Shown: piece after piece, positions 1 to 13,030 of the stretch
Numbering within the stretch: position 1 is the first letter of the stretch
Layout of the letters: the number at the start of each line of letters is the position of its first letter
From: Phoronis australis
Lineage: Eukaryota; Animalia; Phoronida
DNA length: 64,000 nucleotides
Direction of reading: 5' to 3'
NCBI GenBank assembly: GCA_002633005.1
Contig: NMRA01000049.1
Location: 1,098,011 to 1,162,010, forward strand
Made by a program: the position numbers and the translations under genes
Notes under the pieces: generated by a model
The model's input: only the letters and a program-made list of their open reading frames with translations
The model's database searches: none
Told to the model about the DNA's origin: nothing

Positions 1-210
1 GTATGATTGCCACATAGGCACTTAGCCTCTCACTGGAATAGGAAATCATTTTCTGGGTGACAGTTAATGTTATGAAGGCACTTACTGACAAGTGTGGGTA
101 CCCAGCCAAATATCTATTTATAACAGCTACGTATTTTAACTTTAAGTTGGTAAAAGTATATATGTTTTCTGAAAGTACAAAGCCTGGAAACTGATTTTTG
201 ACTTAATATC

Positions 211-411
211 AATACACCTTTATTCATCCAGTTGCCGTATTACAAAGATTCTCCTTTTGAGGTTTTAAAAACAATGCATTGCGCGCTTAATCACAGAGCA
301 GAATGTGATTTTTTCTCATACCTCGTTATGTTTATGTCTTCAATGCATTGTTTTTTTAAACCTAAAAAGAGGCTCACATTTAAAATGGCGACTGCGTGAA
401 TAAGGTCCATT
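211..411. mobile_element. Degenerate palindromic MITE
   Basis: Imperfect inverted arms: aatacacctttattcat..gttgcc vs ggcgac..tgaataaggtccatt, with inner ttttaaaaacaatgcattg / caatgcattgttttttaaa. Confidence 0.5.
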
Positions 412-509
412 TGTCATGGATTGTGTCACACCCATGATGTCTTTTAATTAAAATTTAGCAACAAAGAAAGGTACCTTCATAGCAAATCAACGGTATCAAT
501 AACACCATG

Positions 510-782
510 CAAATGTTCAAGATTGGATCTCAAAAACACTATTATTTTCTAAAATGTCATTTCATTTCATTTTTGTTTGGTGCAACATCAGATTTTTTCC
601 ATAAAAATCACAATAGCCTCTCATGTGAAGTGGAACATTTTTTAAAAAGACAAATCCAAACAGAGTTTTAAAGAAAAAAGGATAAAGTATATAGTGTCTG
701 AAAGTTTCATTTGAATCCAATATGAAATGTTCAGAATTTTGGTGAAATTTGGATATTTCTCTAGGGTCCTGCATAACCTTAA
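510..782 (+). mobile_element. Partial TTAA-ended (Kolobok-type) MITE, same family as 63140-63680
   Basis: Shares aacagagtttt, atatagtgtctgaaagt.tcatttgaa.ccaat and the end gggtcct.cataacc-TTAA with the copy near 63.6 kb. Confidence 0.55.
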
Positions 783-1973
783 CCTTTTCAACACCAAGTA
801 ACTGTCGGCCATTTTGTCCAAAAACCACAAGTAACTTTGACATAGATTGAATTTAGGTGCTTGTTTTCAAAATTCCAAAGACAATCCATTTATCATTGAA
901 TTTCAACACAAATCAAAGTGATGATCTTGTAGGAATGTCTCACTGGAAGTCAGAATATATTTATTAGATGCAATAGCAGAAGCTTTTGAGGACTAAGTTT
1001 GACTGATTTACGATAAACAGTTCTCTGACACAAGAACAAAATATACTAAATCTGTCTAAAATATTGTTTAACAGCTAGCAGCAATTAATTTAACAAGGAT
1101 TAGATGGGTGAAATCAATAACCAACTTCAATTTCAGTGTATTTGAAATAGCAATAAGGCCAGCCCGGATTAAACAGTGCCAAAACTCTCCTTTGTCCCAG
1201 AGGTAAGAAAGCCCATTGTTTTCATTCACAAAGTTTTGGAATTTCAAGTCCAGATCATGGTGGCAACCGGCGAGGTGTACGGTCATGGATATATTACCCA
1301 TTTCAACTGCTTAAAAAGGTTGGGATTCTGTTAGCTTCAAAATTAAATCAATGAACTTGCTTCATCTACTTGACGTCGGAAATGCGACCAGATTAAAATC
1401 ACATATTCATGGATATTTGTAAAGTTTATCAGTGAGGTGGCGCGGGTTACATCTGACCTTCAAAACAAAACACTTAGCGAGCAAGCAGTAATAATTTGAC
1501 TATATACAAATATGAATGTTTACTGAGTGATTTGCTAATCTGCACTAAATTATTCTAGTATATACCATTACTAAATTGTAAGCAAATTTTCGGTCTATAC
1601 TATTATTGCGATCTTTACTTTTTAGTTTGGTGAAAATGTCTGGTTTATGCTGTTATTACGAACTCTACTATTATTTGGATCTTGAGAGTATGAGGTAAGC
1701 TTTTCATAAAAAATGTGAGTTCCAGTTGCGGACTGCAAATTGTCATAACTGTGATACTCAGACTCAGGAACAGTCTATTCAAGAAACCACTGTCTAGTTG
1801 TGAATCTGGAGACAACATTTGTGGGCAGAATTCATCATCAAGCAATTTTGAATCTACGGTAATGAAAAATATGGGTATTTTTAATAAGCTTCTATTCTAT
1901 ACAGTAGTTTTTGAAATGAAACGGAATCGCTGGCAGACCTTTCCAATACCCTAATGGAATGCTGATTATTTTC

Positions 1974-2735
1974 AACATTTGTTTATCACATAGTGATCTA
2001 AGTTTGTGTATTGTTTGACATCTAAATCATGATATGACTCACATTCTTAGCATTCCAAATGTGGTTTATGTGTGAAATTTTCATTGCTGAATTATAATTT
2101 TGACACATTCTCCACAAATTCCCTCCAGGTGGCACAAATAATAAGTTTACAGTATATTCCAGCCTCCCGTTCAGTAACGCTAGGACCTCGCTAAAAAGCA
2201 AGACTTCGCGAGATTACGTGAGATATTGCCGTGCATTTTAAATGAGAACACGTGACTTTGACTAGATTTTAGCTAGGTCCTAGCGTAGGTCCTAGCGTCT
2301 ACTGAACGCACGCCAGGTTTTAATGAGTTACAGTATCTTCACATTCATGTTTTTTTAACATTAAAACAAAGGCTACAGTTAGGGCTTTATAAACTGTATT
2401 TTACTTTGACAATGTCAATAAAATTTNAACATTTGTTTATCACATAGTGATCTAAGTTTGTGTATTGTTTGACATCTAAATCATATCTACATGATATGAC
2501 TCACATTCTTAGCATTCCAAATGTGGTTTATGTGTGAAATTTTCATTGCTGAATTATAATTTTGACACATTCTCCACAAATTCCATCCAGGTGGCACAAA
2601 TAATAAGTTTACAGTATATTCCAGGTTTTAATGAGTTACAGTATCTTCACATTCATGTTTTTTTTAACATTAAAACAAAGGCTACAGTTAGGGCTTTATA
2701 AACTGTATTTTACTTTGACAATGTCAATAAAATTT
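1974..2735. repeat. Direct duplication across single N at 2427 (probably two haplotypes joined in assembly)
   Basis: 1974-2426 is near-identical to 2428-2735 except for a 152-bp MITE in copy 1, a short insertion in copy 2 and a few small differences. Confidence 0.85.
2162..2313 (+). mobile_element. Small MITE with filled and empty site both visible
   Basis: Inverted ends cgttcagtaacgctaggacct / aggtcctagcgtctactgaacg; absent from the duplicate copy (tattccaggtttt); TSD CA (or CCAG). A second, inverted copy lies at 44123-44269. Confidence 0.85.
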
Positions 2736-3375
2736 GTTTACTTTCTCATTTTTTAAAGTAGATATTTATACACTGTCTACACCATGGCTAAAACACAAAC
2801 ATTTTTGCCAGATAAATAATGTAAAAGGGCCAATCAGAAGAAAGATTGCCTTTGTTCTTCATTGCATCAACCAGTTTATTGCAGAAAGTGAAGGTGCTTT
2901 AACAACAGCAGAAGAATTTCAGGTAGCAATGGGCACTGACCACATGGGACGGGTGACTCATACCACATCCTAGCTGCAAAAGGAGTTTCTTTGTCTTCGG
3001 AGAGTGTGGCATAGGGGAGCAGTTTGACTTCGTGAACAGACCCTTTTACATTGTATGTAATTAGACGTAATGTGTTTTAAACAAAGTTATAAAGTGCCAC
3101 CTCATCCTGTAGAAGCCACCGGTATCCGGTCCCACGTAACCAGTTGCCAAGTTGCATTTGAAAGTCTCCCATTGACAGCAATAATAGAAGAAAACAGAAC
3201 TAACTGAAGGCAAAAATGACCACTTTGTGGACAACACATCTATCTGACCACTGGAAAGCGATAGCTTTCTTCAAGATTTTTGCCACTCACAAGAACCCAT
3301 TGCTTGTCATTCACTTCTTAAAGACAGATTTCAGTTCACTTCATGAGAAGAAAATGTATACATGCAAGACTCTAA

Positions 3376-4235
3376 CAGCCGATTTCATAAAGGTGGTTTA
3401 AAGTTAAACCTGGTTTAAACTGGACTTAGACCAGGTTTAATGATAATCTGCATTTCATAAAGGTGGTTTAACTTTTATACCAGTGGTCTTGTAAAACCTG
3501 GTTTAACTCCAGTTTAGACCTGGTCTAAGTCAGTTTTCATTTCACCTACGAGGTCTATATCCTTTAGACCTGTATTAAGACCTTAAACTATGTTTAACTT
3601 TAGACTTGGTCAGACCCAGGTTTAACTGTTAAATATGTCAGACTTGCATGGTATATGTACAACTGAACGATGCCGCGGTGTGCAATTGCGACGCAGTTTT
3701 AGAGCAAAAATGGACTACTTCCAATATTCAGGTTTACTACGACACGAGATCAAACGTAGCAGGGGCGGATCTAGGATTTTTTAAAGGGGAGCGGACGGTC
3801 AAGGACTTTTTGAAAGGGGGGACCAAGTCAACAATTTGAAAATTATAGATTTGATATCATTAAAATCAAGGGAAAAAGGGGGCTCCGGACCCATTGACCC
3901 CCCTGGATCCGCCTATGCGTAGACCAGTACGTGCTGGAGTGTGTCCTGCGGATTCCTCAGAATACGACTGGTCGAGCAGGTCTCATCGTCGCAAGCCTGA
4001 CGGATTTGACTTAAGACAGCATCCTCTGATTCTTCTGACTGAGTTCCACCTTCACTGTTCTCCGATTCAATGTTGCCGGGAAGGGGTCTTGCCCCCCCTT
4101 TGGCCGCGAAAAATAAACACTAAAATAACACGGAAATAAATTTGGGCATTTATCATTTTACATCTAATCATCAGCATGTTCTTTAATGTGNTTTAAACCT
4201 GGTTTAACTTTAAACCACCTTTATGAAATCGGCTG
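3376..4235. mobile_element. PIF/Harbinger-type MITE with long TIRs
   Basis: TIR cagccgatttcataaaggtggtttaaagttaaacc.ggtttaaa mirrored at 4193-4235; TAA on both flanks (3373-3375, 4236-4238); many subterminal acctggtttaa repeats. Confidence 0.85.
3760..3917. mobile_element. hAT-type MITE (CAGGGGCGGATC...GATCCGCCTATG), nested
   Basis: 5-bp TSD cgtag at 3755-3759 and 3918-3922; nested inside the 3376-4235 element. Confidence 0.85.
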
Positions 4236-4284
4236 TAACAGTCAGAGATAACCTAGAAAGTCAACAAACATACATAAAGCTCAC

Positions 4285-4420
4285 CTCTGGTGACAGCATA
4301 GGAGGGTTTGGGTAGCACAGCAGGGGGTACCTTTTTAGATGAGACCACCTGTGGCTTAGGTCCGGATTCCATGGTGATTCCAAGCTCTTTCATGAGTCTT
4401 TTTTGAGTTGCCCCTGCCAT
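4285..4420 (-). CDS. Probable first coding exon of an unidentified gene continuing left of the window (MAGATQKRLMKELGITMESGPKPQVVSSKKVPPAVLPKPSYAVTR)
   Basis: Acceptor ttctttcag| at 4444, ATG at 4420, open frame, donor AG|GTGAGC after 4285; Pro/Lys-rich PPAVLPKP motif. Confidence 0.65.
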
Positions 4421-4521
4421 TATCACTGTGGCTGGAATGTGGGGCTGAAAGAATTAAGAAACTCATGCTAAGTTAAATTTGTTGATCTTGAAGCATGATT
4501 AACAAATAAAATTTTTAAGAT

Positions 4522-4598
4522 AGTAACTGGTCCTCTCATTCATTTAGTAACTGGTCCTCTCATACATTTAGTAACTGGTCCTCTCACACATTTAGTAA
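4522..4598. repeat. 24-bp tandem repeat x3
   Basis: tagtaactggtcctctca(tt/ta/ca)catt repeated three times. Confidence 0.85.
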
Positions 4599-6199
4599 AA
4601 GGTAAATTATAACACGATTTAGACAGGTAAAACATGCTGAAGACAATTTCAGATAAGGTACTTTGTAAATAATTTTATGTCCACTGAGATAATTGTACAT
4701 GCATTTACATGTCATAGGTATCGCTCATATAACATATGGGACAAAATGTCATCCATAACCATCAAGTCCGTGAACTTTTTGTGAAATCCACACTTAAGTC
4801 CTAACTATTAAGAATATAAATGACATTTTCAAATACACATTTCAATCCAAACATGGTATTGGGAGAATAGACTTTTGAGTAAATGTTTAAATTTGAAAAT
4901 TTACTGAGTCCATTTTGGTCACATCCGTTACCATTACGTTGGTATTTATAATTAGCTTTCATTTATATTTTCTAAAAGCATTTCCATGGAGTTACACATT
5001 TATGTAAAATAATTTTATAATTATTAATTTGCTTTTGATAAAACTTAAGTCAAAATGTCACGTACATCCATTACCAAATTAATACTATGAAATGCACCTG
5101 AACTAGATTGATACCTGGACTTAGCCTCAATTTGGAAACCGTCGTCTGGAGCTGAAATCTCATGGTAGGTTTTTTGTAACGTTTGCTATGTACAGGTGTA
5201 CTGGTGTTGATCAGACTCGCACACCTCTGGCTGTGCACACAACACATACCAGTCAAGGAGTTGCTCAGAATCAGTTCCTGTCAATGGCCTCCAATGCCAG
5301 GGCAGATAGTAGGCTACCACCACCTCAGCTGGCCCAGAGCGATGGTGACCGTACCACAGGGGCGCCATACGCTGGAAGCTTTTCTTCGAATTATGCCTAA
5401 CACTGATTAAACCATCAAATCATGTTGCTATAAGCAGGGGCAGATCCAGGATTTTGAGTTGGGAGGTTGAGGGCAGGACAGAGCATTAGCCAGGATTTTG
5501 CCTGTCAGACATTCGCAACCCNGTCCTCTAGCCCAACTTGATCAAATACTCAAATCAAATGTTTTTTTTCGAAGTCGTTCAATCAGTTGACCAAATTGGT
5601 GACAGCTAGACCATTTGAGGGAGCTTAACGCCAATTGTCCCATGTTTGGAATAAAGTCTTATCTATCTATCTATCTTGCAGCAACATAACCTTGTTGTTA
5701 GGCTGTATGTGTGAGGCACAATTAGCCAAAAGCTTCAGGCGCATGACAGCCCTATGGGATGGGCATTGCGTTGGGCAACGTCCCTGACTGGGGCCATGCC
5801 AGTTAAGATGGTGGTAACTGTCTATGGCCAGGGTAGACAGACACAGTCCTACTGACTGTTTCTTACTACTTAGGACTGTGTTTATCAGTGGCATGCTCAT
5901 CCAAACTTTCAGCCAGCTAGTAGGCAACAACTCTAAATCAGGGACCACTATATCCGACCAATACCAAGACAATACAACCGTGTCAATTTCCCACTGTAGA
6001 AACAGTGGCCATCCCACAGAGCCTTCATACGCTGTGGACCATGGCATGGCCACACTCCCCACTGACACTGTGGCAAGTTGACACGGTGGTATGTAGACCT
6101 ATAGGCAAATTCAACCTCAGTCAGTCAGCTACGTATTTTGACGCCCGTCTTTATACCGGTAGTTGAACAATAGGCATAAACGTTCAGTCACGGAAACTC

Positions 6200-6720
6200 A
6201 TCTTGAATTCGGCAGTCGAATGAGTCATGCACTGAGGCTTCACGACTCCGTAAACAAAGTCAAAAGTGACTGCTGACTGACATGACCGAGTCGGCGAGTG
6301 TTGCTGACAGTCACAGAGTCGTGGTCGTGCTTCTTTAGCTACACGAACGTAAATTTACCCGGGGCGATCATGGCTACCAGAACAGATTCAGTGTTTTCCA
6401 ACACTTGTGTAGCACATACCTGTCACCGGCGCTAGTTCGATCTTTTGGGCTCGTCTGGGTTTTGGTCTCTATACTCTCAACCCGTGTTGACTCACCGCTG
6501 GTCCTACGCGGAATTTACAACGAGAGTCGAACAATGTGGACCAGCGCATCGGTTTATGTACCGTTAATATTGGGTCAGCCGCCCCTCTCAATGGCCCATC
6601 ACGACATTCGTCTCGCCGTACTCGTCGGTGTCCAACCTCTGACACAGCGCCACCTATACCTTTCGTAACACTGTGAAAGAGTGTCACGGTTGTCGGCGTC
6701 TCGCCGGGTTTTCCAGTTTC
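6200..6720 (-). promoter_or_regulatory. CpG-rich promoter / 5'-UTR exon region of the left-hand minus-strand gene
   Basis: Local CpG enrichment; two minus-strand donor sites, CAG|GTATGT (intron starts 6419) and GCG|GTGAGT (intron starts 6495), upstream of the 4444 acceptor. Confidence 0.45.
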
Positions 6721-6748
6721 TAGTGGCTATGGAAAATGGTACAGAGGG

Positions 6749-6908
6749 CAGGGTCGGATCCAGGATTTTGAGTTGGGGGGTAGGGCAGAGTATTAGCCAG
6801 GGTTTTGCCCATCGGACATGATTCGCAACCCCAAATTGCCAAATGGAATCTGGAAGAATTTTAGGGACGGGGCCATGGCCCCCTTGGCCCCCCTTAAATC
6901 CGCCACTG
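6749..6908. mobile_element. hAT-type MITE with 5-bp TSD
   Basis: cagggtcggatccagg...aaatccgccactg; TSD gaggg at 6744-6748 and 6909-6913; splits the motif tacagaggg/tgtcccagaaatgcacac. Confidence 0.85.
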
Positions 6909-7656
6909 GAGGGTGTCCCAGAAATGCACACACTGAGATTCTGCGGCGGATCTACTGCATGACACCTTATTTTAAACGTGGATACCGCGTCAATCATCAC
7001 GTAATCTATGCACGAGAATTGCAAAGACAATCTTTCCAAGTTAATGAGCAATAGATTTAATTTGACTTAAGGGCATAAAATTACTTTTCGATCTACAGTT
7101 TGTGAATTTAAACTACTAATATTGTACCTAAGTCAATAAACAATTCATTTATTCTCATTTTCAATTATGACAACATTTTGAGACACTTTGTTGGCGCTGT
7201 CCGACATTCATCAATATCCTTGAAACTTATTTCATATAGGCAAAAATCGTTTAGTGTACTTTGCTATTTGGGGATCGGGTGATAGATCGCCAAATTTTCA
7301 CAATGTCAGCCTGCAACTAAGTTCACTGAAGGGACGTAATTTTTCTTATAAAATTATCTTATCATTGTCAAAAAGTCACCAATCAATCGGTGGATTTTTG
7401 TAGATACATGAACATGTAAATCAGAATAAGCAATTCCCAAACACATGCTCGAATACTCTAGATGGGCAACTGGGGGAACGTGGGAGACGGGACATCCCAC
7501 GGGGATTGGGGTACCCTCAAGAAGTTTAACAGAATTTATTCATTTTTCTGATTTTGATTCATCCTAGAGGTAGCTGTTGCGGTTTCTAGTAAACTTCAAC
7601 ATCTAAAATGACTGAAGTCTTTGTATACGATTGCCAATACACGTACATTCCTTTAA

Positions 7657-8992
7657 AGTGTACGCAACATGACTCTAGTACCTCAAAATAAATTTTATTA
7701 TTATATCTCACTTGATTTCAGTGCCTTTAGTGCACAGCTCATAAAGAAACACGTAAAAATTGAAAAAAAAAAATTTTGTACAACGTCATGGGTTGAACCC
7801 AAGTCGTTCGGCACAGCTGTTCGGATCAGCAACTAAGTGTATAGAGTGAAGTGAAAGTAAAGTATATTTAGCAGGGATGAAAAGATGTGTTTGTGGAGGC
7901 TGCAGCAACAGCAGTCAGACGGAGAACGTCTCGGTGTTCCGAAGGACGCCAAAGTAGCGCAGTAGTGACATCGCTTCGTGCGCCGAACGACAGTGTGGGA
8001 CCTCAGCGTGGACCAAGCGATTCTGTCCGGGGCCACTCTTGTGTTCTGCCCACTTTGAGGAGTCGTGTTTNTTATTATATCTCACTTGATTTCAGTGCCT
8101 TTAGTGCACAGCTCATAAAGAAACACGTAAAAATTGAAAAAAAAAAAAATTTTGTACAACGTCATGGGTTGAACCCAAGTCGTTCGGCACAGCTGTTCGG
8201 ATCAGCAACTAAGTGTATAGAGTGAAGTGAAAGTAAAGTATATTTAGCGTCGAGAAGGTTCGTAGGGATGAAAAGATGTGTTTGCGGAGGCTGCAGCAAC
8301 AGCAGTCAGACGGAGAACGTCTCGGTGTTCCGAAGGACGCCAAAGTAGCGCAGTAGTGGCATCTTCGTGCGCCGAACGAGAGTGTGGGACCTCAGCGTGG
8401 ACCAAGCGATTCTGTCCGGGGCCACTCTTGTGTTCTGCCCACTTTGAGGGGTCGTGTTTCGACTCCAATCAGAAGAGATGTTACGATGAAGGCCTGGTTC
8501 AATAAAGGACAATATTTACTATTCAGAAACATCGGCTCCTTATTCAGGATCGTCTGTTGGATGACTGGGTTGACTGGCCGAGCCCGAGGCCGCTTCTGTC
8601 GCGGGCGGATCCAGTTCGTAAGGCCTCAAAGTAGAAAAGTACGCAGCTGAAAACATATCAAACTCGTTCTCGCTTTCGTGCAACCCCATTTCGTCATCCT
8701 TGCCACCATTCTCGTACGTTTCTTCGTAGTATTTGTTCATTTCTTGCTCATAATCGTTGTCGCTTTCAAATTCCCTACTCTCCGCCGTTGTTCAGTGCTA
8801 GTCGCTGATCTCTTGTGTTCAACCCATGATGTCACATGGCGGGAAATGTGAAAATTGGCAAAACTGAAAGAGAAATCAAAATTTTGAGCTAATGACACAA
8901 AATAATCATGGATTTGACTAAATTTTACGTCATACATTTTGTCTGTGGCCACCGGTAATTCGAAATGTGCAAAAATCCATGGTGTGTACTGT
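7657..8992 (+). mobile_element. Non-autonomous Kolobok-type element with THAP relic
   Basis: TTAA at 7653-7656 and 8993-8996; imperfect TIR agtgtacgcaacatg / catggtgtgtactgt; 7698-8070 is re-read after the N at 8071. Confidence 0.7.
8268..8505 (+). pseudogene. Frameshifted THAP zinc-finger domain
   Basis: MKRCVCGGCSNS...SVF / ..W.. / LLCSAHFEGSCF gives the THAP C2CH signature, split over frames with stops. Confidence 0.8.
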
Positions 8993-11237
8993 TTAAATAC
9001 CTTAATCCATTAGACAAGTGCATTCCGTACACCGTCATCAAAAAATCCTACCACCAGCACGTGAGATATGTTCAAGATGTGCGAGTTTCTTACAAACAAT
9101 TCCTAGCGACTATCTTCAGAAGAATTATTGTTATGAATGATATGAGAAAAAGTAGCGATATGTTATCGTTATAAAATCCCACGAAGTTTCACTACTCTGT
9201 AATTCACTGACCTTCACTAGTTCTGCAAACTTCAGTCCAGCCTTTCCATGGCAGTCTATCCCAATATATTTTTCAATACAAACGTTTTTATTTCTTTGGG
9301 CCGAATGTCTTGATATTGCTTTGTTTGGTATTTTTTCGATGATATTTATTTATTATCTTCTTCACCTTATTAGTGGTTGACAGTGCCGAGTTTACAGAGG
9401 CTCGAAAAAGGGGCAGTAAGTAGGCCTACACACTGCCGCCCTGCTAGGGAGGACGCCATCTGAAAGGGGAACTCTTAATATGAAAGGCCTCGTGTCATTA
9501 AACATGGAAAAGAATGACAACATATTCCATCATCCTATGACCCGCCAAAAAGTGACCTAGCTTCCTGAACATAAAGAGTTATACGATTTCACAAAAACAG
9601 GAAAGTCTGTAGAGGGAATCGATTCCATGAGCAATGCGTCTACTTTCGTTTAATGACTTATTCTTTTTTGATCGCCTATTTGTGCCTTTAAACCACAAAT
9701 TCTGTACCTCAGTCAAGAACAGTGCATTTATTGTCATCTTAATTGTGATTACATTTTTGGGACAACCTGCAGAAATGTCCGAATTACATCAATGTCTTCA
9801 GAGTTATTTTAGATAAGCAAAAATCGTCTAGGTGTTCTTTGCTATTCGTGGATCGGATTATAGAGATTTTCCTAACTACAGGCTGCAACTAAATTCACTG
9901 AAGCATCATCAATTCTTACAAGATTCGCTTCTAGTTGTTAAAAATCATCTACGAATCTGTCAATTTCCGTAGATACATAAACATGTAAATCAGAAACCAA
10001 CGAATTTGTTTATCAAAACGGAATGTTAGACGCAATTTCCGAAGGGTAACCATGGGAACATAGGAGATGGGGCGTCCCACGGAGTTTGGGGATTCCCCAA
10101 GAATTTTTCCCAATTTATTCGCGTTAACGTGTATTTTGTTCATTTCAGAGGTGCTTATCACGGTTTACGAGTTAAGCTTGAAATCTAAAAAGTCACTGAA
10201 ATCTTTATGATTGCAAGTACTTTGAGTACCCCACACGGTCATCAAAAATCACACCCGACAGCCTTTTCGACATGTGCAAATTCCTTTCAAACAACTCTTA
10301 GGAACGATCTTCAAAAGAAATACAGTGTGATACTATGGAAAATAGTAATATTATTTTATAGCTAACCATCGGAAATAGTCCTTTTATGTAATTCACAAAT
10401 AGTGATCTTCAAGTTCTTCAGACTTCCATCCTTTCGATGGCGATCAATCCTATTTTTTCACATTAATTTTTGGTTGTTTGGGTCGAATGTTTTGATAATG
10501 TTGGGCTGTGCAGGAATGTTTTGTGTTTTTCTCGGATGAATTCGGTATCTACTTCCCCTCGTGAATACTTGGCAGTGTCAGATTTACATGCCAGAGAGAC
10601 AAAGGGATAATTCCCCGAACCGCCCCAACGAGAGAGGACCTTGTCTGAACGGGGACACCTTGAGATGAAAGGCTAAATATCATTAAGCATAGAAAATAAT
10701 GACAGTTGTGTGACCTTTCTCAACATGAAAGGTTGTACGATTTCATAAAAAACGAGAAAATAGAACTAATTGATTCCAACATTGAGCCATTTCTCCGTAA
10801 GCGGCCCCTTAAGAATTTATCAATAAAAACACGAAAAGAGTGGCCACTTGAATGTCATCAATGCCCTCCTTTCAAGGGCTGGGCCCCTAAATATGGAAAG
10901 ATTCGTGGTTTCAAAAAACAAGAAATGTGCAGCAATTGATGCTATCTGTCAGGTCATCAATTTTGCTCAAGTGATGCAAAATTTCGAGAAAATCCCAACG
11001 AAAAATAGAGCAACAGATGTCTCCATTATCCCTTGCCAGAGAGGGGCCTCAGCAAAAATATATTATGCATTCGCAAAATTGTCTTCATCAATTTAAAAAT
11101 CCATTGAAAAAATGCGCTTTACAAATTTTCTCGGTTTTTTAGAAATACATGTATGGATGATTAAGTGGACGTTTTAAAGTGTGTTCAGACGCCCTATGCT
11201 GCAAATAAGGATCGCCCTGACAACAACGTCATGGCCA

Positions 11238-11725
11238 GGGTACATTCACAACAGCTATATGGTACATTCACAACAGCTGCATTGTACATTCACAACAGCT
11301 GTGTTATTCATAACAGCTATATGGTACATTCACAACAGCTGTGTGGTGCATTCACAACAGCTGTGTTATTCATAACAGCTATATGGTACATTCACAACAG
11401 CTGTGTGGTGCATTCACAACAGCTGTGTGGTACATTCACAACAGCTGTGTGGTACATTCACAACAGCTGTGTGGTACATTCACAACAGCTGTGTGGTACA
11501 TTCACAACAGCTGTGTGGTACATTCACAACAGCTGTGTGGTACATTCACAACAGCTGTGTGGTACATTCACAACAGCTGTGTGATTCATAACAGCTATAT
11601 GGTACATTCACAACAGCTATATGGTACATTCACAACAGCTATATGGTACATTCACAACAGCTATATGGTACAATCACAACAGCTATATGGTACATTCATA
11701 ACAGCTGTGTGGTACATTCACAACA
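11238..11725. repeat. 22-bp minisatellite (~22 units)
   Basis: ggtacattcacaacagct(g/a)t(g/a)t units with interspersed 20-bp variants; explains the repetitive ORFs at 11165-11748. Confidence 0.95.
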
Positions 11726-12289
11726 AAACAATGGCATCAGTAACATGACAGATTGCGAAATTTACAAAATTTCAAAGATATTGCCAATGAATTCGAAATA
11801 GATTCTCTTGTTTAAACGTGATGGGTCTTCACAAAATGAATTTTTCATTCAAAATATTATCTTATTTCTATTGCAAGTGTTTTGCATCAGGAATATTTAT
11901 GACAGAATTTAACAGAGTAGGTAACGATTATTCATATTCGTATGACCGAATTTTGTCTGATTGCCCATGATCACGATTTCTCAAAAATGTTGTCAAACGT
12001 TTTTAGGTTTTCATTTCGTTTTATGCAATTTCTGAGTTTTTGATTAATAGTAATAATAGTAGTACTTTGCTAGAACCTCATGCATAGTGGAACACGTTTT
12101 AGAGGGCTAGATCACAAAGCACAGTATCTGAAACTTCCATACGAATCCGATCAGTCATTTCTGCCATATGATGTTCGAGAAAAATTTAGAAAATTGTCTG
12201 GAGTTTTAATTTAGTATAGCGATAAAGTCGCTGAAGCCCTAAGAATCATTTAAAAACATTTAAATCAACTAGCATCGTTAAAGTGCATG

Positions 12290-13030
12290 TCCACCTCGCT
12301 TAGGGTTCCTTGTTAATAAAAAATAATGCCCACTTTCGTGCCGGCGTTTATTTGTTAGGGAGTCGGCCTTGGCATCGTGGCCTGACTTTGACGACTACAT
12401 GCCCAATGCTATGCTCTTTTCTATGACAGAAGTTGCAGGTAATCGTTGGATCAGGCTGACGGCATCTTTTCAATGTATGTCCTTCCGCAGATCAGTAATA
12501 ACATCGGACTTTACCTAATGTTTCTCTTGGTCGATTCCGCATCCGATTAGGCATCTTGATTTGGCGGCGCAATCAAGCAACACTCTTTTCTTATTAATGT
12601 GTGATAGGTTTTTTATCAAAGAGGCCGTGGCGCTCCCTGATTAGCGATGAATCCAAGTCGTTGGTTCTGTACCGGAAATCACAGTCGTTAACATTGAACG
12701 TTGTTCCTGTTACAGAGCACACTTTTTCTACCTTCTATAGTTCGCTAACATTTTAACCAAGGTCATCCTTTCGCGATAGGCCACTAGGCACATAAACATC
12801 ATCAGTCATCGTTGTAGCACGGGAAATAACTGCTTTCACGTCATGGGCAATTTGCTGTGATAAGGACTCGTTTGAGATGTTGGATTGTCAGTGAGAAAGT
12901 CGGAGGTAATGCATTTTTCAATCAAACAAGTATCAAGTTTATGAATAACAGGATTAGGCTTTTTGTCGCGAGCTCAATTAATCTTGTCATAGAGGAAGGT
13001 GCATGCACGTATATTGAGTAAGTCAATCAT
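12290..13030 (-). mobile_element. Highly decayed Penelope-like retroelement relic (tentative)
   Basis: Minus strand shows tacgtgcatgcaccttc (decayed YVDDTF-like) near 13000 and CGRTYI (GIY-YIG-like) near 12480, in RT-then-endonuclease order. Confidence 0.35.

Larger units (their letters stand above)
6700..11100 (+). mobile_element. Large diverged composite repeat (mariner-like TIR motif plus internal ~1.2-kb tandem duplication), copy 1
   Basis: ~7050-9630 (minus the Kolobok insert) aligns by eye with ~9630-10800; inverted homologues at ~30960-34375 and ~56000-57130. Confidence 0.7.

Noticed and set aside
7698-8459. Biological tandem duplication of the THAP relic
   Set aside because: Near-identical copies abut a single N at 8071, typical of contig overlap or haplotype stacking.
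11165-11748. Repetitive ORFs (YIHNSCVVHSQQLCGTFTTAVW) or a CRISPR-like array
   Set aside because: Pure 22-bp minisatellite with no unique spacers; the unit is not a multiple of three; eukaryotic context.
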